A stretch of 34,837 bases of DNA from an uncultured archaeon (GTDB taxonomy: Archaea; Aenigmatarchaeota; Aenigmatarchaeia; QMZS01). The stretch lies in NCBI GenBank assembly GCA_964386335.1, contig CAYLRQ010000002.1, positions 1 through 34,837 of the forward strand, written 5' to 3'. The notes below the pieces were generated by a model. It worked only from the letters and a program-made list of their open reading frames with translations, searched no databases and was not told the DNA's origin. Shown here in pieces: positions 19,301-23,820 of this stretch (its first letter is position 1; each line of letters opens with the position of its first letter). The position numbers were made by a program, and so were the translations under genes.

Positions 19301-19350
19301 ATCAAGGTAAGACCTGCGGCAAAAATAGAAGTAAGCATCCTCTTTTCCAT
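10378..19350 (-). CDS. Giant (2,990 aa) type I membrane protein: propeller-tipped glycosylated ectodomain + single TM + cytoplasmic FtsK/HerA-superfamily ATPase
   Basis: Uninterrupted 8,973-nt ORF. Signal-peptide-like N-terminus MEKRMLTSIFAAGLTLILSSLFINVHIAG. Seven tandem blades. Very dense N-x-S/T sequons in the ectodomain. One hydrophobic helix about 370 aa from the C-terminus. Walker A and B motifs in the tail. Confidence 0.9.
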   Translation of the reverse strand: MEKRMLTSIFAAGLTLILSSLFINVHIAGGFLGVQKGEYILDLSNLSFRYILTKFNDSASFISSAEFDFPENGGNKTFYLSIPKNATVQNISMNLTGKLTTIYNSPVKSSNVAPLGISIGNIFHGDENEIVTGTSGYDGEVSILYGSNGTLVKEYYISPNPIYSTDVGNVTSDLGEEIVVGSGDGKVYLLNSTGNEIWNYTTGGSINSVKIGNIVGSEDSEIVACSSTIIYVINRSRNLEWNSSVEETINEIVIGNLTEDEGNEIVAGCAGGKIYILNSAGIIVSNITVGDSSINTIDLGDITSDPGNEIVIGTGDNKVYILNSTGGEIKNYSTGGSVNSLRIGEIANDYAGNEIVIGCDNKELYILNSTGHLIGNFVAGDTIKSIAIGNLTTDEGSEVVAGAIDGKIYVFNFDYFPTNLSIDVGNDSTIDWKSSKTKLRTSEIATGQNLVSAINNYINTCTTLDTANNCQIPLIFHSDFKGKLNISNLSVEYVYNVSGIISYKKDVAAWSRTSDIKINESVGSKVYNITFKGIPAENISIKYIVVDNSATKCDFNLTSYNVTNITEFGIEKRVCNISSNPIILNAGNYANFSILFWDSSQETSTPIHLYNTSDYYSTYGMDNYKRRINLTLNATNGTFKNATAWWQLNDSQIEGEEFLLVDWYGNGTFYDITPPNLTDNCNTSNPTYTQIMVGSDTFYVCKKKINNNMYFKWKQPTLSPNNPTNYLVGGSYNLPPNLTDLKVSPSSDIWGANFTFSANVTDIDNDAINVVLFIFKNKTKTWVNKGSKNVTNGTIVEFNLTSDKNWTGISKFKIEYFDYNSNNTSKFHNPRNTTSVDFNVLKHNVSVVYLADSCEGNNSVVFRNETATLSVFINDTNSEETVIGANCSLWVNKWINSTKSNSSGYCKFSFNPGQTFEPGKTNWHIGIKNDDYYNDKNSTEYNLTIKGWLKPTILNPVNFSFYKNEKAAFSARLVDRYENYANLSSYSCHFYLNEIFIGTNTTNSSGICSLIYTPNCSLNVGIKNLSVEINGTHDFYNISDNQTDEQIILRDKLNLTIISPKERNYYKGQNITLNASAKDNCGNDTTEVLINWYLVNKYKLNLTIKDLSGKNRTNYPIILNGSFFSSDDFELKDWNLNKTKILFNETELPFSLYSWKTADKLEINKSQEYMTNLTELVFLVNLSANESKTFEINLKKENLNSYNITYNILNAGFDSGDLSYWNSSICSTVGCHTNISHIGSDYFANLSANGGETKLFQRLPNFTYPTSIKIKYKSWGEFNESSSSGEFYIKVGEVICNLTEEIIKNTDPSGDVPEPENWTIDVCTNLSFASARNISVVIWNEKNTGAGERDAVFALIDYLCFADESGECVNFHSGEPVQIYLSSKKKIGENTTNYILNGTEDVGRRKLVAEAEKQFYDSDKKTLFFNLTGFAYINNLTIVSNYCTFVNITEGLLNYKCMQNANLSLLCKVADNYTEKGIPKYNVSFYNTTTLIGFNLTDEKGVSVKNSKVGGEGNYNFSCNIADQPNLFYNATELNEKKIKVEVSSGNTTADLILSLNTSTAEGITIENNATLLLNFFLNNTGNGTMYNPLITVSKPIGIFIPAIYCEPIPTGKNCTRQINITVTAGAEIGNNQINFTVEWQNADGTKNNTMENISIYVKENKRIKFSENNLTLTVPITASRTANFTILNYGNVDLTNIILNLTGDNSDLINNWTTFSNNNFGLNKASNSTINMILTIPDNNSYINIYHLNITATIQNCTGNCTDHLPLILNITSQDWEVSPIYLNKTVGLKKEINKLGEIIITNKKEADFEFNLSILPGNETTINYLTLNDTKQANQTSVSVTSKTKKTVEIFYDTDNNSLIIGTYNYTLKIENLDESATPKSVEIPITFTIINFTVDIISPKKEDPYPEEVSPNQNLTIEVESKEGNVPVQEDINWTILIGGEECIITDLYFHTIRQRWFITCTAPNITDNPIKNNLEVIGNYTKKEVVLSDVEEEAIIYKDYTSPWFSNIHTYFIDNTSYTLPYIIFKVNVTDNKEIDSVWATVNHTGSNWKLDRIYPISNNTLPAENDFDKRNFVFNFSNPKRIGDYDIIVYANDTEGNPVSSKKGWFDIYLPIQMTGNLTNPDGEKINANFTFYREEKNLAELYKMHEFSIRDNKTYNWTLHKRKYDVDVDLFGQKIIFYDANLDLTENEIKNPFKFDYFGTYIEISNKTEVNKPDETHVPILGFVVDTNINLSKARLILDVTDAYNYVVEKYGWAINPQHLRIFKCHNWNYIERKCNSDLTSSDILNATPENKKFNFTVSSLSAFFVAEACYSGSSLVPCTPYSKPEEKKETSGGTSGGGGGGGQSYIPSKEEKAICGNNVCEIGENWQNCPNDCPIEKFPLVIDTNIGDVRVFRGELKTYWLSMKNKLYKNVSTTLEITEGLRDLLSLSTNKLTLQPNETKKLDIYLTVFTNQSIGTYAGNIIIRAEGQKQSIPVTIRVLESAAPIYSVKVEIASKTINPKGTLDFIVKLVNLGERKKYPLNLTYIIKYQKTNKIIEELKTNTTLETTTIVRESLPLNITEEGSYTLEVWADYKEKSIMDVATFEVVKPLFESPLTVGLLILALAMAVAVGGTYIWRYYLLWRKEKEKEERYLYPLDYRKVPREGFKIGKFAGTDNYCYYDPKDLTTHIIVAGATGAGKSVSASVFAEEALDKKIPVIVFDPTAQWTGFVKPCRDNNLLSKYKKFDMGDFDIKSYPGLIYDVEEPDFKLNIKEFINPGEITIFCLNKLKSGEYDEAVRNIVASIFRESWEESSELKLVIVFDEVHRLLEKYGGHGGYVALEKAAREFRKWGIGIIMCSQVLADFKEAIAGNVLTELQLNTKSLTDIDKVKTKYGEQYSERIARMGVGAGLMQYPKYNDGKPFFVEFRPTKHNPHKIRDDELVLYKKYIAKLKVIEEKIKKLKERNVYTEDYEVDFKLATNKLKTGNFRMAEIYISSLENSLEKI
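10381..11484 (-). other. Cytoplasmic P-loop ATPase domain (DUF87/HerA - VirB4 - VirD4 - FtsK superfamily), last 368 aa of the giant protein
   Basis: Walker A HIIVAGATGAGKS (GATGAGKS at 11293-11316) followed by IPVIVFDPTAQW. Walker B LKLVIVFDEVHRL (~10924-10944). REFRKWGIGIIMCSQVLADF block. No N-x-S/T sequon anywhere in these 368 residues. Confidence 0.8.
11485..11553 (-). other. Single transmembrane helix of the giant protein
   Basis: PLTVGLLILALAMAVAVGGTYIW is followed by the basic stretch RYYLLWRKEKEKEER (positive-inside). It is the only long hydrophobic stretch after the signal peptide. Confidence 0.8.
12208..12339 (-). other. Gly-run linker plus 4-Cys module in the giant protein
   Basis: SGGTSGGGGGGGQ is encoded at 12301-12339, and CGNNVCEIGENWQNCPNDCP at 12208-12267. 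This separates the long distal ectodomain from two membrane-proximal Ig/CARDB-like modules. Confidence 0.7.
18106..18993 (-). repeat. Seven tandem ~44-aa blades (FG-GAP / PQQ-like beta-propeller), residues 120-415 of the giant protein
   Basis: Repeating unit G[ND](I/L/V)x..D.g.EIV.G...GK(V/I)Y(I/L)LNS.G. The seven blades start at GNIFHGDENEIV, GNVTSDLGEEIVV, GNIVGSEDSEIVA, GNLTEDEGNEIVA, GDITSDPGNEIVI, GEIANDYAGNEIVI and GNLTTDEGSEVVA. Confidence 0.8.
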
Positions 19351-19411
19351 AATTATCTTGCATTATATAAAATACAAGAGGTCTTCATAAAGGAGTGCTT
19401 GAGTTATGTTT

Positions 19412-19684
19412 TTATTGAGCTTTATTATTATCCGGTCTCTCTATATTTCTTCCAACATTAATTGCATTTCTTAATTCACTAACAGAATCTCTCAATTCTC
19501 TTATGCTTTTTGTAAGGATCAGTTCTTCATCATCAAATTTTTTTGTAATTTTCCTAATCTGTCTGAATTCAAATTCCAAGATGGCCAGATAAACAATAAT
19601 AACAAGAGAGAGCAAAAGCAGCAATTCTGTAATGGGTATGTTTATTCCAAATAAATATACATATCCTGTTATTCCTTCCATCAT
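19412..19684 (-). CDS. Small single-pass membrane protein with a coiled-coil-like tail
   Basis: 90 aa. TM helix ELLLLLSLVIIVYLAILEF followed by RQIRKITKK and a helical charged tail. Its ATG overlaps the stop of the upstream paralog B gene (ATGA at 19681-19684). Confidence 0.7.
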   Translation of the reverse strand: MMEGITGYVYLFGINIPITELLLLLSLVIIVYLAILEFEFRQIRKITKKFDDEELILTKSIRELRDSVSELRNAINVGRNIERPDNNKAQ

Positions 19685-22600
19685 TTATTTTGTTTTTTAA
19701 TAATATAAAATCTTTTTACACTCATATAAAGGAGAATTATGGCGAATAATATTGTTAAATAACCCACTAAATTTCCATAATTTGCGGTTGTACCAACAAT
19801 ATAGAAATTTCCTGTTCCCGTCGCCAGAATTGCTAAATCGGATCTCAATCTGCTTTCCGCTAAATACGTTCCGGTCGGGGCTCCAACTGGAACTCTAAAT
19901 CTTTCGGAGATACTCGTTTTATCTATCGGATCTAATTTCCCCAAATCTTGTATATTTGAATAAACCAGATTCCTTTCTGGAGTGTACACTTCAGTTTCCA
20001 GATAAGGATTATTTATTTCTTCTCCGCCATGAATAACTAAAATATCCAGAGTTACTGTCGAATTCAAACTATATCTTTCCTTGTCTGGAGTAATAATTAT
20101 TTTGGGATAACTTTGCTTATATCTTATATTTATTTCTTTTAAACCTTTCGCTGGAAATTTATTTATTAATATGGTTGTCAGATCTTTTCCACCTGTATAG
20201 GATAAACTATTTCCCAAACCATCTTTAACGGAAAGAATATTGTCTCTGGAAATTGGTAAGTTTATGGCAACATTTTCATAGTCTTCCATTGCAAGGCTCC
20301 TCAAGAATATTGACATTTTTAATTCAACCATCTTGTTTTCCAACTTCTTTATTACTTCAACGTCTCTATCCGTTTCCAAAACGGGCGGAGTTAAAATTCT
20401 GATATCATAGTTTCTCGTTTCCAGAGGTGCCAGTCTCGTTTTCCAAACCATCACGGTGGTTCCATTTTCTTTTTTGAAAACAACTTTTTCATCTATTTTC
20501 TCTCCTTTTTTATTCAAATAAGAAACAAATCCGTCGGTAGTATCTTCAAAAACATCTATTTTAAATTCGGATTCTACCCATCTTTGATTTGGATTATAAA
20601 CATCAAAATCTTTAACCCAAGCAACGGGATTTCCCACAGTTATTGTCCTCGCTGTCAGGAAATCTGTTTGTTTTATTATTGGCTCTACCAGTGGACTTGG
20701 AACTATAACTCTAACAACTCCATAAGCTGTAGAAAAGACCTTTTTACCAAGAGCAGGGTCAAAACCTGCCAGTTCCATCGGTATTTCATATAAACCCGAT
20801 TGGGTTATATTTATCTGATATAATATTTTAACTGCAGCACCACTGCTTAAAGTCCACCCGCTTTTATCGCCATTTGTATATTCACAGGCATGGACTTTAG
20901 TTCCATCGGATAAAGTAATGGTTCCTCTATCAGTTACATTATAATCCTCGCTAACACCGCAACTCCAGGTTGAACCGTCTGTTGAATTGCAAAAAGTTAC
21001 AGAAGATCTGGAACAAGCAAAGTCGGTTCCCAAAGGAACATAATCAACAAATTTAATTCCGGTAATTTCGTCTCCAAAAACCTGAGCAACCAAACTTCCA
21101 TTCACTAAAGTCGGATTTGCCGGATCCGGAACCCACAAATCTTTATAACCAACCAATTGTTTTCCTGAAGTGGACATTGACTTGGCGGGTAAATTTTCTG
21201 TTTCCGGTGTTCCGCTTTGAGTTGTTATAGTTGAATTTCCAGTAAAATTAAAAACATCTCCCAATTGTAAATTTGACGGCGAAGATACTTCATAAAATAA
21301 TTTTATTTTTTCTCCATTTTCTAAATATTTACCAATATTTGTTGAACTTAAATCAGGTATTGTAACATTAACCAATCCATTATTATCTCCGCTTGGGTCT
21401 GTAACTGTAACAGTTACTCCGTTTGTCGTCCCCGTTCCCGTTTTCAAAGTATAATCTGTACCATTATTAAATGAAACAATTATTGAGGTCTCATCTATAT
21501 CAAAGGGAGATCTCTGAGATCCGCTGGTTGTATTTCTGGGAACAACACTCAAAATAACAATTTTCTTTCCCGGAGCATTGTCATCTCCTTGATAAGTAAC
21601 TTCATCTGTTATGTTAAAAGTTGTTGCCGACTCAATAGCCAGATAACCGCCAGTAGTTTTTGTTGGAACCATATCAATTTTGTATAAAGTTGGTAAATCT
21701 AAAGTTGTATTAATATAAGAAACATAATTATCTGGATTCGTATCGTTCCAGATTATATGCCAGTCAAAAGAAGAAGCTACATAAGGCTTTGTTCCAGTTA
21801 TATGAACTCTGGTGGTATCATTAGAATAATCCGGGTCTGTTGTATATAATCTTCCATAATCTGCCGTAAAGTTTGATGGGCTAAAGGTTCCCTCCTGCAA
21901 TTTATTTGTTACAGCCCCCGTTGTTGCACTTACATTGTAAATTGCCCAATTTGAAATATTATAGGTCAAAACATTTCCATTAACTTCTGTAGAGTTCTTT
22001 GCCAGAATAGTTATAAATCCTCTGACATCCCAGGCTCCGCCTCCGCTCATTTCGGCCATATCAATTCCCTGCCTGACAGGACCTCTCGCATATTTATACG
22101 CTATTGTTAAACCAGTCAAAGTTGAGGTTTGGGAATAAGAACTTTTTACCCCCTTATCAGATGAAGCAGAATCCAAATTTATATTTGTATTGCCATTAGC
22201 AAAGTTGTCTGTTTCAATAATATTTGCGTAAATAGTAAAGGTTTGTGTTCCTCCCGCATTTATATCGCCGCTCCAGGTTATTCTGTCATAATAACCATCT
22301 GCGCCATCGCTTGAAGATCTAGAACCTGAAGAGGTATAGGTAATATTTACGGCATCTGCCCCACCATTAGTATCTGTATCAAACTGGATTACGATCTCTA
22401 CATTTGCTAAATTTTTGGATGTTGAAGGATTGTGTGCCGTTATTACAAAAGTCATATTATTTGTTGAGCCTCCGGAACCAATATTATCGTGATCGTATAA
22501 ATCATGACCTCCCTGTTCATTTGAATAAGAAGTAACATTAAATTCTATTGCTGGGGCTTTATTTGCATTTGTAATCTTATAATAATTCTGATCCTCTCCA

Positions 22601-22953
22601 AAAACGGAGTCGTTGACATAAAGTTTTGTTTTAGCCCAGATGGCAGAAGAAGAAGAAACAGTCGCTTTGTAAGCCTCTTTTGAATTCAAATTTGTATCTG
22701 TTGTTCCAGAAAGATTTATCCTGACTGTTTGGAGTGTGTCATTGGTATTTGGCAGGGCAACTTCCAAGAAGCCAAATCTGCACGGATTTGAATTATCGAT
22801 GCATTCCGGATAGGTTTCTGAAGAAAGAGAACCATCCGTATTATAATCCGCATAAACCTGCTCTGTCTGATAAGCCACCGGACCAACATAGGCAAAAACA
22901 GGAGCAACTAAAACTAATCCAAAAATTATTGCCCAGAAAAAAAGCATCCTCAT
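19681..22953 (-). CDS. Secreted, C-terminally TM-anchored surface glycoprotein, paralog B of the same unnamed family
   Basis: 1,090 aa. Signal peptide MRMLFFWAIIFGLVLVAPVFA. T/S/G/D-rich ectodomain with many sequons. C-terminal helix LVGYLTILFAIILLYM followed by KRFYIIKKQNK. Colinear with ORF 5871..8933. Confidence 0.85.
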   Translation of the reverse strand: MRMLFFWAIIFGLVLVAPVFAYVGPVAYQTEQVYADYNTDGSLSSETYPECIDNSNPCRFGFLEVALPNTNDTLQTVRINLSGTTDTNLNSKEAYKATVSSSSAIWAKTKLYVNDSVFGEDQNYYKITNANKAPAIEFNVTSYSNEQGGHDLYDHDNIGSGGSTNNMTFVITAHNPSTSKNLANVEIVIQFDTDTNGGADAVNITYTSSGSRSSSDGADGYYDRITWSGDINAGGTQTFTIYANIIETDNFANGNTNINLDSASSDKGVKSSYSQTSTLTGLTIAYKYARGPVRQGIDMAEMSGGGAWDVRGFITILAKNSTEVNGNVLTYNISNWAIYNVSATTGAVTNKLQEGTFSPSNFTADYGRLYTTDPDYSNDTTRVHITGTKPYVASSFDWHIIWNDTNPDNYVSYINTTLDLPTLYKIDMVPTKTTGGYLAIESATTFNITDEVTYQGDDNAPGKKIVILSVVPRNTTSGSQRSPFDIDETSIIVSFNNGTDYTLKTGTGTTNGVTVTVTDPSGDNNGLVNVTIPDLSSTNIGKYLENGEKIKLFYEVSSPSNLQLGDVFNFTGNSTITTQSGTPETENLPAKSMSTSGKQLVGYKDLWVPDPANPTLVNGSLVAQVFGDEITGIKFVDYVPLGTDFACSRSSVTFCNSTDGSTWSCGVSEDYNVTDRGTITLSDGTKVHACEYTNGDKSGWTLSSGAAVKILYQINITQSGLYEIPMELAGFDPALGKKVFSTAYGVVRVIVPSPLVEPIIKQTDFLTARTITVGNPVAWVKDFDVYNPNQRWVESEFKIDVFEDTTDGFVSYLNKKGEKIDEKVVFKKENGTTVMVWKTRLAPLETRNYDIRILTPPVLETDRDVEVIKKLENKMVELKMSIFLRSLAMEDYENVAINLPISRDNILSVKDGLGNSLSYTGGKDLTTILINKFPAKGLKEINIRYKQSYPKIIITPDKERYSLNSTVTLDILVIHGGEEINNPYLETEVYTPERNLVYSNIQDLGKLDPIDKTSISERFRVPVGAPTGTYLAESRLRSDLAILATGTGNFYIVGTTANYGNLVGYLTILFAIILLYMSVKRFYIIKKQNK

Positions 22954-23139
22954 AATATTTTTTTAATTTATATATTAAATATATAAATATATTTAATTAA
23001 TTTATAACTGTATCTAATATATCTGTTGCATTTTTCACAGCGCATATATAAAAAAATTAAATAAAAAAATTAAAAAAGATAAATATAAGGGTAATACCAA
23101 GTAATATGCATATATTTAAAGATTGCGACTTGTTAAAAT
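22954..23139. promoter_or_regulatory. Divergent intergenic region shared by the surface-protein operon and glmS
   Basis: Inference only. This 186-nt, extremely AT-rich spacer lies between the divergent start codons at 22953 (-) and 23140 (+), so both promoters must lie here. Individual TATA/BRE elements are not assignable. Confidence 0.4.
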
Positions 23140-23796
23140 ATGTGCGGAATATTTGGATATGTCGGAAATAATAACGCTGTTCCGATATTAAAAAAAGGTT
23201 TGAAAAAACTGAATTATAGAGGTTATGATTCCTGGGGTCTCGGTTTAAAAATAATGGATAAAATCAAAATTATAAAAGACGTTGGAGATTTTGAAAGACT
23301 GGAAGAAACACCCGAAATTGATTCAAATTTGGGCATATCTCACACTCGATGGGCTACAATGGGAGAAATATCAAAAAATAATGCTCATCCGCATACTAAT
23401 GAAGATAACGGGATTTGTGTCGTGCATAATGGAATCATAGAAAACTTTCGAGAATTGAAAGAAGAATTGCTGAATAAAGGTCATAACTTCAAATCAGAAA
23501 CAGATACGGAGATAATCTGCCATCTTATCGAAGAATATGATGAATACAAATTTCCCGAAGCGGTAAGAAAAGCCTTCTTAAAATTAAAGGGCAGAAATGC
23601 CATTGTTGCTTTGCATAAAGATTTTAATGGACTGGTTGGCGTGAAAAACGGTTCTCCTCTGGTGGTGGGAATAAAAAACAATTCCGGCAAAGAAGAATAT
23701 TTCATTGCCTCCGACCATAGAGCCTTTATAACGGAAACAAACAAGGTTATTTTTTTAAATGATAATGAGTTAGTGGTTTTGGAACAAAATGAATGA
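23140..23796 (+). CDS. glmS: GlmS fragment 1: class II (Ntn) glutamine amidotransferase domain
   Basis: MCGIFGYVG (catalytic Cys2), HTRWATMGE and VHNGIIENF motifs. Ends at TGA 23794-23796, inside what is normally the last part of the amidotransferase domain. Confidence 0.8.
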   Translation: MCGIFGYVGNNNAVPILKKGLKKLNYRGYDSWGLGLKIMDKIKIIKDVGDFERLEETPEIDSNLGISHTRWATMGEISKNNAHPHTNEDNGICVVHNGIIENFRELKEELLNKGHNFKSETDTEIICHLIEEYDEYKFPEAVRKAFLKLKGRNAIVALHKDFNGLVGVKNGSPLVVGIKNNSGKEEYFIASDHRAFITETNKVIFLNDNELVVLEQNE

Positions 23797-23820
23797 AGAA
23801 ATCTGTAAGGGAAAATTAAA

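Noticed and set aside
19361-19375. TATA box (TTTTATATAAT on the minus strand) for an independent promoter of the giant gene
   Set aside because: It lies only about 15-25 nt from the ATG, so the spacing does not fit well even for a leaderless mRNA. TATA-like strings are ubiquitous at this A+T content. The call is left open rather than made.
22954-23139. Replication origin or CRISPR leader in the extremely AT-rich 186-nt spacer
   Set aside because: There is no orc1/cdc6 gene nearby and no repeated ORB-like elements that I could see. There are no direct repeats with spacers and no cas genes. It is most simply a divergent promoter region.
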